NCBI GenBank assembly: GCA_964016885.1
Contig: OZ024746.1
Span: 79,298,001 to 79,362,000, forward strand
Direction of reading: 5' to 3'
Length of the DNA stretch: 64,000 nucleotides
Source of the DNA: Eledone cirrhosa
Taxonomy: Eukaryota
Positions 12,927 through 25,803 of this stretch are shown here, piece by piece (the stretch's first letter is position 1; each line of letters starts with the position of its first letter). The notes beneath the pieces are model-generated. The model saw only the letters and a program-made list of their open reading frames with translations, was not told the origin of the DNA and did not search any database. Made by a program: the position numbers and the translations under genes.

Positions 12927-13196
12927 TGAAGGCACATGGCTTTGGGGTTAGAGCACTGGGCTTGCAATCGAAAGGTTGTGAGTTCAATTCTCGGACCGGG
13001 TGATGTGTTGTTTCCTTGAGCAAGACACTTTATTTCACGTTGCTCCAGTTTACTCAGCTGTAGAAATGAGTACCGGCCTGCCCGCCCCGCCAGTGGGATG
13101 GCGTTATCTTATGGCTAAAGCAGCACGACGTGCTGTGACACCAGCGGCGCCGAATGGACGCCCGACAGACTGGTCGGTCAAGGTGGTCAAGGTGAT
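12927..13196 (+). mobile_element. tRNA-derived CORE-like SINE (family B), distinct tail
   Basis: GTGAAGGC head, GAGTTCAATTCT B box, CCTTGAGCAAGACACTTTATTTCACGTTGCTCCAG core, tail ending (GGTCAAGGT)2. Confidence 0.8.
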
Positions 13197-13569
13197 ATAT
13201 ATATATATATATATATATAAAAACATGGGAAGAAAGAAGAAAACCGCGTGGTTACACATGGGTTGCATATTATAAAATTAGTCCATCATCAGTGATTTGC
13301 CAACCATCATTGGTATTTCATCGCATATATATATACATATGTATATATTATATATGTATTATATATGTATATATATATATATATATGTATATATTAAACA
13401 TTTCCGAAGAAAAAGCAAAGGAAAAAAGAGTGCTCTATGTACAGAACAGAGCTATTTAATTAGAAAGTGAACAACACAATATATATATTTCTTTATTCGC
13501 CACAAGGGCGCACAAGAAAAGGGGACAAAATAAAGACACATGCCGGGGATTTTAGACAATATATAACTA

Positions 13570-13637
13570 CTCCATTACCAAAGGTTTCAGAACCCTAGGT
13601 TATATTAACATACGTCTAGATCGTTCATCAGACAGAG
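13570..13637 (-). ncRNA. Type I hammerhead ribozyme candidate in a PLE-like remnant
   Basis: CUCUGU-CUGAUGA-[imperfect stem II, UCUAG/CUAGG]-GAAA-CC UUU GG-UA-AUGGAG; 6-bp stem I (2 G-U), GUA site. Confidence 0.6.
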
Positions 13638-13734
13638 AGGTTATGAAATGAAAATACGAAATGTTTCGTATTGTCTTGGGTCCAGAAACCTTTGGTATTC
13701 GAGTAGTTATATATTGTGTCGTTCACTTTCTAAT

Positions 13735-13789
<55 letters not shown>

Positions 13790-13803
13790 ATGTGTGTGTG
13801 TGT

Positions 13804-13839
<36 letters not shown>

Positions 13840-13849
13840 GTGTGTGTGT

Positions 13850-13871
13850 GTCTATGTACGTGTCATAAGGA

Positions 13872-13922
<51 letters not shown>

Positions 13923-13965
13923 CTATTTACGTGTGATAAGGATGCTAATATATATATATATATAA

Positions 13966-14029
<64 letters not shown>

Positions 14030-14061
14030 GTGTGTGTGTCTATTTACGTGTCATAAGGATG

Positions 14062-14103
<42 letters not shown>

Positions 14104-14153
14104 TATATATGTGTGTGTGTGTGTATGTCTATTTACGTGTCATAAGGATGCTA

Positions 14154-14189
<36 letters not shown>

Positions 14190-14226
14190 ATGTGTGTCTG
14201 TCTATTTACGTGTCATAAGGATGCTA

Positions 14227-14230
<4 letters not shown>
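13850..14230. repeat. Compound repeat: CTATTTACGTGTCATAAGGATGCTAA x5 embedded in (TA)n(TG)n
   Basis: Five near-identical cores with variable microsatellite spacers. Confidence 0.85.
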
Positions 14231-14269
<39 letters not shown>

Positions 14270-14725
14270 TGTGTGTGTATGTATATGTACATGTAATCAT
14301 ATGATACCACTCACATATATCTACATATATATGTATATGTATATAATTTAAGCAAGAGACATAATTTAAAAGTTCGTTGAAAGCAAGACCTTTGTACGTT
14401 AGTTACATGATATTTGCTTGTTCGTCAATATTCTTGTAATTAAACATGTGTTATGGCAAACAATTATAAGCAAATATTTCATTATACTGGGTAGTTCATG
14501 ATCAAGTTTTAATGATTACGGTTTGAAAAATTGAATTACAAGCATGTTTATGTTAAGCTATACACGAAATATGGTTGGATGTCTGCAGGTGTATGTATGT
14601 ATATTTGTTGTACAGATTTTATTATTTTAATAATAAATAAATAAAGAAACCATTATTTATAAATGTTCAACAATAGAATGAGAGAATGAGAGAGAAAGAG
14701 AGAGAATCACACACACATATATACA

Positions 14726-15060
<335 letters not shown>

Positions 15061-15399
15061 TCAATTCAATTTTGAAGATTTAAGGATTTTATAAGAAATA
15101 ATATGTATATGTATGTACCTATGTATGTATGTATGTATGTATGTATGTATGTATGTATGTATGTATGTATGTATGTTCTTCTGGTTTTATAATTTCACAA
15201 AGTTTTACCAATAGAGAGAGAGTCGGTTTCTAACATAGACACAAGACTCTCTCATTGGAATTTACACAACATCATCTAGGTAGATATGTATGCATGCATC
15301 TGTAGATATGGATGTTATTGTATGTGTGGATGTGGATGTTTTGAGTTGTATGTGTGCATGTGTATATGCTTTGCATCTGTACATGTGTATATGCAGTTA

Positions 15400-18300
15400 T
15401 TAGATGCAAAATGTTTGGAATGTTTTACATATTTTTACTGTTCCATTAATGGATTGTACTTGTAATTTCCTAACTAGTTGTGTTCTTTCTGTTCCTGTGA
15501 AGCCTAGCTTCTCAAGATTTGTATTGAGGCAGTTACTAACATACCCCAGTGTCCCAATAATCACAGGCGTAAATCTGAAGGTGTAATCAGGGTGGAGTAT
15601 CTGCAGATTTCTCATCAGTTCTGCATAAATATTCTCCTTTTCACTAATCTTGATATTATATTGGCATCTGCTGGGCAGCTAATTTCCACTACTGTGCATG
15701 CTTTCTTCTCCCTGTCCCATATCATAATATCTGGTCTGTTATGCCTGATTGATTTTATTGGGGTTTTTACTGGAACATTCGACCAGTACTCTTTCATATT
15801 ATGTACATGGATGTCTTCCACATTGCTGTAGCTTTTAATGTGTTTATTAACGGGGCTATCTTTTTTACGAACTGCATTGTACAGTGTTTTGGCCACTACA
15901 TCATGCCTCATAGGTAGATAGTACCGCGATGACATCTTTGGACAGCTGCTGATGACATGGGTGATATCCTCGATGTTAGTTCTGCAGAGTCTGCAATTGT
16001 TATCACATCTAGGTGTTTTGCCTGCATCCATATCTCTTTTGTGAATCAGGTATTTCGTGTCAATCTCCTGTTCTTGGATTGCAAAAGCGTATCTTTCAAA
16101 GTGGGAGCAAATATAGCGGTTGTTGGTCCAAGATAGACTACTTTTACTTATCTATATTACTCTCACTCTGGAGCTTCCTGGCAACATATCCATGTATGGT
16201 TTTTTTGCTGATAAGTATGTAGTTTTTCATCCATGGATTCACTGCGATACTGCTGAGCGACTTCCCTGGGTGTGAGTTTTTGATTATCACACAGGGAATA
16301 TCTCTCGAGGAGTTCCTTCCCAACTCTCATGATCTTATCTGTTTCATGCAGATAGACTTGCTCGAGACACGGGCTCCTACGCTCCGAGGTTCGTAGATGT
16401 TGTCGGAGAGATATGATGCGACATTCAAATGTTGTCTGGACTGATGTTAGGCCTCTGCCTCCCTGCTTACGTTTCAAGTAAAGGCAGTCTATGTCACTGT
16501 TGATGTGGAAGTTTCCGGTGTTGTTTAGTATTTTTCGAGTTCCAGCATCAACTGCTCGAATTTCGTCTATCGTCCAATTGAGTATTCCAAACGTTGGTGT
16601 GAGGACAGGCGCAGCAAACACATTGTGAGCCATTGTTTTGTTTTGCGCAGAGAGTTCCGATGACCAGATCTTTCTTAATCGGGTGTAGTATTCCCTGGTT
16701 ACGCGTTCTTTATTACAGATACCATTATAGGATATGTTCTCATCTATCCCCAGGTATCTGTAGCAGTCCTCATCAGATATCGGTGAAACAGTTAGGCCAT
16801 TGATGACAATGTTGCTAGAGTGGGTTGTTGTTTTTCCCCCACTTGACAGTCATGTATGAGCATTTATCTTGGCCAAACTCCATTCCTATATCCTTTGAGA
16901 ACGTTGTAACCAGGTCAAGATTTTTCTTCATCCCATCCATGTTCTTGGCATAGAGTTTCAGATCGTCCACAAAGAAATCATGGGTTAGGTTCGTATTTCT
17001 GTCCTCCTGTGAGCCAATGATGTATCCCTCACATTTCTTGAGCAGAAAGGACAAGGGGTTTAATGACAAGATGAATAATATCACAGAGAGACTGTCCCCC
17101 TGAAATATACCCCTGCAATATTTTATTTTATCAGTGAAAATAGAGTCCTCCCTCTCTGTCTTTAACCTTAGGATAGTAGCCCAAGAAGAAGACAGCCTCT
17201 CTATGGCTCTGACAATAATGTCTGGGACTTTAGCAAGTTGGAGGGCCTCTATCATCCAAGAGTGGGGAACAGAATCAAAAGCTTTCCTGTAGTCCAGCCA
17301 GACTGTAGCCATATTCTTCCTAAGTTGTCGCACCTCCGACATCGCAGTTTTGTTGATTAGGAGTTGTTCAGCACATCCCCAAACCCCTTTCTTTCCAGCT
17401 GCTTGTTCATCTGTGATGATTTTATTATTTTCACAGTGATCTTGGAGGAATAGGTTCAGGCTGGCTGTATACATCTTATACACCAGGTTCTTGCATGCAA
17501 TGGGTCGCTAGTTTTTTGCCAAGTAGGTGTCTTTGTTCTTGGGGACCAGTAATGTTTGTGCTAATGTCAACCATTTTGGTATAAGTGTATCTCCCTTAAG
17601 AACTTGTTGGTAGAGGTCAGTAGATACCTCCGATAGAATATCATTTTTTTGTACCAGTAGCCGACAATCATGTCTCTTCCTGGTGTTTTCTTATCTTGGA
17701 GTTTTCCTATCACAGTCTCAAGAGTACCCTCACTTATTTCGTATGTTTTTGTTGTAGTGTAGGAGCAATAGTTCTTTCGGATTTCTCTTAGCCACACGGC
17801 ATCTTGGTTGAAATTCTTCTCTTCACCCCATATTTTGCTCCAAAAGGAATCTATGTCTTTCTGTGATGGGACCTCTTATTATTTTGCCCTTCATATCTCT
17901 CGACTGATGTTTGATTTCGTCTGAATCTTTTATTAAGCACTTTTCTCTCATCTACCTTCTTCAGGTATCGGCGTTTTTCGAGCTCTCAATTCTTGTTTGA
18001 GGGTGATCAGCTTATATTGGAGAGTTCTGGTTCTACTGTTACAAACCATCGTCTCTATTTTATTTTTCACTCTTTGTTGGTGAGGAGTGAGGTTTTTTGT
18101 GTTTGTTTGCATGTAAGGAGCATTGTCACATATCCTATGTTTTTTCGTAGGTCAGCAATCTTTTTTTTTATTTTAGTTATATATGATGGTATTTTTGGCG
18201 GTGTTTTGTTCTTGTTAATATCTCTGCTATCACCAAGATAATGCTTCACTGTCGTTGCTAAGGCATATAAACAGGCGTTGATTTGCTAAAATGTTGGGGT

Positions 18301-19054
18301 TTTTATCCGTCGTAAATATTCATCCCCTATTTCGTCAATAACACGTAATATTTCATTATTTGGTTTTTTATTAAACATTGTCGTTTTAATACGTTCAGCA
18401 AGAGAGATATTTATACATGAATTAATTTCTCGCTGGAAGATTTCGTTGAGGGAAATTTCAATTGTTTATACTTTTGATTATTATCATTATCGATAGTATT
18501 TTCCACAACTGACGTGGTGTCAAATTTCTTCGATTATTATTATTATTTCTTCGATTATTATTATTATCGATAGTGTTTTCCCCAACATTCGAGGTAGACT
18601 TAGATGGTACAGGTGGTGTCAAGTTTCTTACAGGCATAGTTTTTTCAAGGCGCTGTTTGACATGGCTGCTGGGAAGTCTAGTAGCATGGCGACCTGTAGC
18701 ACGTATTGTTGATAACATGTTTGTTGTGGGGGACTTACAATTAATAATATTTATCTTATTTTTACGTTCAACAAACGTCGCTTGTTGCCGTAATTGTTTC
18801 GCTGTGAAATAATTTAGCTCTGGGTGTATTTCGTTCCAGTGTAGCTTCATTCTATTCATATAGCCAATGGAGGGATTGTTTTTTGCCATTTTATAACAAT
18901 TAAATAAATCATTATTAAGTTCGCAACTCCAAGAGAAATGCGATTTATAATTTCGGTCTCTTCTGTAGCTACAACTGAATAAAGTTTGTTTACCTTCCTT
19001 GTTATTTGTCTTCGGTACTTCCTTAATGTTGTTGTTGATGTTGTGTTCAGCCAT
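15400..19054 (-). pseudogene. R4/Dong single ORF (RT + CCHC + PD..D/E restriction-like endonuclease), broken by frameshifts and stops
   Basis: WLDYRKAFDSVPHSW, GIFQGDSLS, FFVDDLKLY, YLKRKQGGRGL, CRLC..EDITHVISSC, RHDVVAK, HNRPDIMIWD..VVEISCP, FTPVIIGTLG spread across about 7 ORF fragments. Confidence 0.9.
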
Positions 19055-19100
19055 GCTGTTTGTAGCAAATCCTTGTAAAATGAATTATGTATTTAGTCGG

Positions 19101-19142
19101 ATATCTCTACGAATTCGAATAAAAGGTGTCTTCAGAAGATAT
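19101..19142 (-). ncRNA. Hammerhead-like motif in the R4/Dong 5' UTR (degenerate)
   Basis: AUAUCUU-CUGAAGA-CACCUUUUAUUC-GAAU-UCG-UA-GAGAUAU: 7-bp stem I at exact core spacing; homolog at 43616 has GAAA. Confidence 0.5.
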
Positions 19143-19350
19143 AGTTAGAAGAATAACGAGTTATTCAACATGACTGTAGTTGTGGTATTTCTGTCGGAGA
19201 TAGTATTCATCTTAAATTTAATAAATAGTCTCCCACGCCAAAATATGCTACTGATCGCGTTGACTGTATGTATGTATGTATGTATGTATGTATGTATGTA
19301 TGTATGTATGTATGTATGTATGTATGTATGTATGTATGTATGTATGTATG

Positions 19351-19615
19351 TTTGATCTTCTGGTTTCATTGTTTTATAAATTTTCCCTAATAGAGAGAGA
19401 GAGACAGATTCCAACATAGACACAAGAGGCTTCCATTGAAATATACACCTGCAACATTCTATGTTATTAGTCGTTCTCTGTATTTGGAGAGTAGTCCAGG
19501 AAAAAGATAGGTTCTCTATGGCTTTGATAATGGTGTCTGGAACTTTAGTAAGTCGGAGGGTCTGTATCATCCAAAAGTGTGGAACCGAATCGAATGCTTT
19601 TTCTGTAGACCAACC
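19351..19615 (-). mobile_element. Internally deleted R4/Dong derivative (RT piece fused to 3' end)
   Basis: KAFDSVPHFWMIQTLRLTKVPDTIIKAIENLSFSW joined to a 3' end like 15177-15265, ending at (TACA)n. Confidence 0.75.
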
Positions 19616-19624
19616 AGATTTAGA

Positions 19625-19824
19625 CCTAGAAAGTTCCCCTCCGAGGTACAAGTACAGACAAGGCAGTGGCGAATACGGCTTAACACCGGTGATGTCGCAA
19701 CTCAAACTGGAGCAATGTGAAATAAAGTGTCTTTCTCACGTATACAACGCATCACCCAATCCTAGAATTGAACTCACAACCCCCCGATTGCAAGCCCAAC
19801 GCTCTAATCACTAAGCGTCTTCAC
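19625..19824 (-). mobile_element. tRNA-derived CORE-like SINE (family B)
   Basis: Minus strand GTGAAGACGC head, GTGAGTTCAATTCT, AAGACACTTTATTTCACATTGCTCCAG. Confidence 0.7.
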
Positions 19825-19851
19825 TTAACCACAAACACACACACACACACA

Positions 19852-19901
<50 letters not shown>

Positions 19902-20016
19902 AATATATAAATATATATATATATATATATACCTGTGTATTTAATATATATATATATACATTACATACATACATAATGCACTGGGTAATTGCTGGCCTTG
20001 TGCCTAAAGTAGAAAC

Positions 20017-20112
<96 letters not shown>

Positions 20113-20627
20113 CAGTGTATTTGTGTTGTGTGTGTCTGTGAGTGAGTGGATCACAAGTTTGGCGTAGAAGGTAATCGTGACGTTTTCAGTTGATGTGGTT
20201 TCTAGATTATCCATCTCTCCTTTGAATTGTACAGTTGCTTTCTTCATGACATATTTTGTGACTCAGACAAATACGTCATCTATTTTTATCCAGTATGTAA
20301 TAAGCTCAGCAATGGTAATTTTGAAGATCTGTTCGTGTTAAACTAGGCCTCGTTTTCCCAGTGTTCTTCATAGACACAGCCTGTTGATATACCTACTTGG
20401 ATGGCACGTTATTATCTTCATGATCAGCATATTGCTAAGATAATTTACTCTCGTATTACCACATTTAAAAAAAAATGTTTAATGAAGTTTATAGGAATAA
20501 TAAGGTCACCTACGAGGAAAAAGATGGATGATGGTGAGTATAAGTGGAAGGATTAGTAGAAAGAAAAGTAAAATAAGTCAGAATAGAAGAAAAATAACAA
20601 CAAATAATGAGTACAACAAAGCGACGA

Positions 20628-20704
20628 TGACGACAACCACTACCACCACCACCACCACCACCACCACCACTACCACCACCACCACCACCATCACCATCAC
20701 CAGC

Positions 20705-20735
<31 letters not shown>

Positions 20736-20870
20736 CCACCACCTCCACCACCACCACCACCATCATCAACACCACCACCACCACCATCAACACGACCACC
20801 ACCACCACCACCACCACCACCATCACCATCACCACGACGACGACGACCACCACCACCACCACCAACACCA
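20628..20870. repeat. (CAC/CCA)n trinucleotide tract
   Basis: Imperfect run giving poly-T/G/V ORFs. Confidence 0.95.
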
Positions 20871-21301
20871 TCGATATTACCACGGCGATGACAGCGGTGG
20901 AAATAAGCAAAACTTACAAGGAGAAAGGTATTGAAATTGAAATGGCGTGCAAAAAGAGAAACAACAGTAGCAACAACAACAACAACAGCAACAACAAAAG
21001 AAAGCAAAAGCATAGGGCAGGGGAAAATACAAGAACAACAGTTACAGCAGCATTAACAGTGCTCTCTGTCCTCAATAACAATGACACTGTAAAGTACAGA
21101 CAATAGACTTCACAAAGAAGAGCGTTCATCGTGTCCAGACTGCAACACTGCAGCAATACGATTGACCATTGTATAATACAATCGACATAGGTATGTGTAT
21201 GTGTATGTGTGCGTGTGTGTGTCGTGTGTGTCGTGTGTGTCGCTTGTGTGGTGTGTATGTGTCTGTGTGTCTGTGTGTCTGTGTGTATGTGTGTATGTGT
21301 G

Positions 21302-21340
<39 letters not shown>

Positions 21341-21697
21341 AATTAGTATATCTACCAACATATTTTATTTATACAGAAGTATACTTATGCTAGCAAGATA
21401 TAGGTTTCGTCTTAGTAACTTTTATATGAAAGACGTAAAATAAGAAAATTATAATAATTAACTTACTTACATGATTCATAGTAATATTTTGGCTACTGTC
21501 TTTTTAACACCCCACTTCTCACTGATTAACCTCGATGTCACGTGATTGATTCTTTTGAATTTGCCACTGACCGGGAAGGTAGTGAAATTTTCAGTGTCTT
21601 GAAATTTAGTCCGCGCTTGCTTCTTTTCCATTCACTGAATTATTTTTGTTTGAGATCCCTGTGTCTGCCTATCACCTGGGATCTTAGCAGAGTATTG

Positions 21698-21775
21698 ACA
21701 CCCTGATGAAGAAAGGAATTCTCCATGGTTTTGAACACTATGTATATTCCCATTCAGAAACTAATTAGTTGGAGT
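21698..21775 (+). ncRNA. Hammerhead ribozyme candidate with long stem II
   Basis: CUGAUGA-A-[GAA/UUC, GGAAU/AUUCC, CAUGGU/ACUAUG]-A-GAAA-CUAAUUAG-UU; palindromic stem III ACUAAUUAGU; stem I ACACC/GGAGU with one mismatch. Confidence 0.6.
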
Positions 21776-21822
21776 GAAACTTAAGTAAGTAAGTTAATTA
21801 TTATAATTTCTTATTTTACGTC

Positions 21823-21867
<45 letters not shown>

Positions 21868-22001
21868 GAAAAATTGAACAGGGACAGAACAGAGAGGCAG
21901 TACGATAAATGTTTATTAAATTCACGCTCAGGAGAGTGGGGGGTAGGTGGGTATACGTACATACATATATGTATACAGACGTACACTAGTATGTATATAT
22001 A

Positions 22002-22170
22002 TATATGCACGTATCGGTTTACCGAACATTTATTATAATGTGTCAGTGTTGAACAAAAAGGTGACGTGGTTGCTTAAACACCGTACGGCGTAATTCGGGC
22101 GGTTTGTTTGTTTGTTTACAAACAAACCGAGCATTATAATAAATGTTCGGTAAACCGATACGTGCATATA
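22002..22170. repeat. Short element with ~39-bp perfect terminal inverted repeats in TA context (MITE-like or fold-back)
   Basis: TATATGCACGTATCGGTTTACCGAACATTTATTATAATG and its exact reverse complement. Confidence 0.7.
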
Positions 22171-22345
22171 TATATATGTGTGCATGTATGTATATATATA
22201 TACATACTACTGTACGTCTGTATACATATATGTATGTAAGTATACATACATACATAATTACATTTAAGTAACTGCCGTACTAAGAGTGAGAAATGAAATT
22301 TCGTTTCATTCTATTCCATATATATATATATATATAGATATATAT

Positions 22346-22703
<358 letters not shown>

Positions 22704-22716
22704 TGAGTGTGTACAA

Positions 22717-22980
22717 TGGCACATAGCTAGATATTTAGAATTTCGGCTCACGATAGTGAGTTCGATTCCCAGCAGCATGTTGCCTCCTTGAGCAGGACAC
22801 TTTATTTATTTGATCCAGTCCACCCTGCAGGCAAAAAATGAGCCGCGCCTGAATCTCCCTTACAATTACGTTAAATGTACCCGTAACTGCAAAATGATCA
22901 GCTATTTACTCGTTAATTTAACGAACAGATTGTTCCGTTGATCAAACTAGAGCACTCGTCGCCGGAACCGAAGGCGGTGG
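22717..22980 (+). mobile_element. tRNA-derived CORE-like SINE (family B), another tail type
   Basis: GTGAGTTCGATTCC, CCTTGAGCAGGACACTTTATTT..TCCAGTCCAC. Confidence 0.7.
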
Positions 22981-23049
22981 AAAAAAACAATAGGCGCACG
23001 TATGTGCGTAAGTGTGTGTGTATGTGTATGTGTTTTTGTGCATGTGTCT

Positions 23050-24142
23050 ATGTGTGCGTATGTGTATATATGGACATGAATGGGAGTGTGTGAGTATGTG
23101 TGCGTATGTGTGTATATGGACATGAATGGGAGTGCGTGAGTATGTGTGCGTATGTGTGTATATGGACATGAATGGGAGTGTGTGAGTATGTGTGCGTATG
23201 TGTGTATATGGACATGAATGGGAGTGTGTGAGTATGTGTGCGCATGTGTGTATATGGACATGAATGGGAGTGTGTGAGTATGTGTGCGTATGTGTGGTGT
23301 GTATATGGACATGAATGGTAGTGTGTGAGTATGTGTGCGTATGTGTGGTGTGTATATGGACATGAATGGGAGTGTGTGAGTATGTGTGCGTATGTGTGTA
23401 TATGGACATGAATGGGAGTGTGTGAGTATGTGTGCGCATGTGTGTATATGGACATGAATGGGAGTGTGTGAGTATGTGTGCGTATGTGTGGTGTGTATAT
23501 GGACATGAATGGGAGTGTGTGAGTATGTGTGCGTATGTGTGTATATGGACATGAATGGGAGTGTGTGAGTATGTGTGCGTATGTGTGTATATGGACATGA
23601 ATGGGAGTGTGTGAGTATGTGTGCGTATGTGTGTATATGGACATGAATGGGAGTGTGTGAGTATGTGTGCGTATGTGTGTATATGGACATGAATGGGAGT
23701 GTGTGAGTATGTGTGCGCATGTGTGTATATGGACATGAATGGGAGTGTGTGAGTATGTGTGCGTATGTGTGGTGTGTATATGGACATGAATGGGAGTGTG
23801 TGAGTATGTGTGTATGTGTGTATATGGACATGAATGGGAGTGTGTGAGTATGTGTGCGTAAGTGTGTATATGGACATGAATGGGAGTGTGTGAGTATGTG
23901 TGCGTATGTGTGTATATGGACATGAATGGGGGTGTGTGAGTATGTGTGCGTATGTGTGGTGTATATGGACATGAATGGGGGTGTGTGAGTATGTGTGCGT
24001 ATGTGTGTATATGGACATGAATGGGGGTGTGTGAGTATGTGTGCGTATGTGTGGTGTATATGGACATGAATGGGGGTGTGTGAGTATGTGTGCGTATGTG
24101 TGGTGTATATGGACATGAATGGGAGTGTGTGAGTATGTGTGC
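23050..24142. repeat. 46-bp minisatellite (variants 44-51 bp), ~23 units
   Basis: GTATATGGACATGAATGGG(A/G)GTGTGTGAGTATGTGTGCGTATGTGT; explains the three ~400-aa minus-strand ORFs. Confidence 0.95.
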
Positions 24143-24289
24143 TGTATGATTCTCGGGTATACAGGCAGATAGCATATCTGTAACAATGAAACTGTTCGAC
24201 TCACTAACTGCCTTCATATAATGTACTTCCAAACAGAATTGGCGAGAGACTGCATGACATGAACAACAATAACAGTCATATTAACAGCA

Positions 24290-24700
24290 GTAATTGTTTC
24301 TACCTTTGGCACAAGGCCAGCAATTATTCCAGGGTATTACTGGTACTTTATTTTATCGACCTCGTAAGGATGAAAGGCAAAGTCAACCTCGGAGGAATTT
24401 GAACTCATACCGTAAGGGGCCGTAACTCTATGCGTCAAAGCATGGCGTCCGACCCTCTACCGATACTGCCAACCCAAACAGCAATAATAATGATTTCTAG
24501 TATAGGCACATGGACAGTAATTTGGGGGAAGGGAAAGTCGACTAAATCGACCCCAGTGCATTACTGGTACTTTATTTTATCGACCTGGTAAGGATGACAG
24601 GCAAAGTTAACCTCGGAGGAATTTGAACGCAGGCCGTAAGGGGCCGTAACTCTATGCTGCAAAGCATGACGCCCGACCCTCTACCGATACTGTCAACCCA
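24290..24700 (-). mobile_element. Two tandem family A SINEs
   Basis: Reverse complement of the 1706-1900 pattern, twice. Confidence 0.85.
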
Positions 24701-25593
24701 AAGAGCAATACTATTGATGGCAATAACTATATATATATACTAACAGTGACGATGATAACAACAGCAGCAGTAATAAAGAAGTTTTTCGTCGCACTCTCAA
24801 CAACATGGTCGCTCAGTCAGTTTCACGACAATTTTTTGTGTTTAAAGTAGCAAAAATACATCGATGATGTAATTGCTTCAACTTCAATACATATTCTCAA
24901 ATCAAGTCACTTGCCAAACAAGAACAACATCCAAAAACAAAGAGCTGCCTTCAAAGTTGTCTTATGACCTTTTAAAACACAACCAAATGTTTCCCGAAAA
25001 GGAAGAAAGAAGACATTGGTATTCAAGATAATGTCATGCTGAATACATTCAAGCATAAAGGTAGATGGTAAGTTCATGGCTTGAACCTTTTGATCATTAG
25101 TCTGCTAACCTTGGGCTAAACAACAACAACGAATGCGACAGCAGAAGCAACAATAAGAATGACAAAGCAGGACAAAACACGAAAGGAAATAACAGCCGTA
25201 TTATGTCGAGGTTAACTTTCATCTTTACGGGGTCAATAAAATAAAGTACCAGTAATGTACTGGGATAATTGCTGGCCTTGTGCCAAAAGTAGAAATAATT
25301 ATATACAATATGATGAAAAATAAAAAAAAAAGCACCAAACAACAAGAGCAACAAGAGCAACAAAAGCAACAATGGTAACAACATTGACAAGGAACTATTA
25401 AAGACAAAATGCAGCAACAATAACAAACGAACAAATTATATACAACATAAAGAAAAAAGCAAAAAAAAGCAAGAACGTCAGCATCAAACAACATCAAGAA
25501 GAAAAACAATAACAAAAAACAATAACAGAAAAGCAATGACATAAGAACAACAAAAAACAATATCAACAATAATGACCATATTATATACAGCAT

Positions 25594-25803
25594 GATGATG
25601 ATGATGATGATGATGAGAGGGAGGAGGAGGAGGAGGAAGAAGAAGAAGAAGAAGAAGAAGAAGAAGAAGAAGAAGAAGAAGAAGAAGAAGAAGAAGAAGA
25701 AGAAGAAGAAGAAGAAGCAAAAGTGAAGAAGAAGAAGAAGAAGAAGAAGAAGAAGAAGAAGAAGAAGAAGAAGAAGAAGAAGAAGAAGAAGAAGAAGAAG
25801 AAG
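25594..25803. repeat. (GAT)n(GAG)n(GAA)n compound microsatellite
   Basis: Direct inspection. Confidence 0.97.

Larger units (their letters stand above)
15177..19264 (-). mobile_element. Full-length decayed R4/Dong-clade non-LTR retrotransposon (~4.1 kb) flanked by (TACA)n
   Basis: RT motifs, CCHC knuckle and REL endonuclease in order; (TATG)n directly at both ends; 5' boundary supported by homolog at 43497. Confidence 0.9.

Noticed and set aside
19143-19264. HDV-like ribozyme expected at the R4/Dong 5' end
   Set aside because: Could not assign P1/P2/P3/P1.1 by eye; not excluded without a descriptor search
20140-20420. Possible CR1-like 3' remnant (QFKGEMD on the minus strand)
   Set aside because: Similarity too weak to support
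22942-24232. Three ~400-aa His/Thr-rich minus-strand ORFs
   Set aside because: All three frames are open because the 46-bp unit lacks stops on that strand; a minisatellite, not a gene
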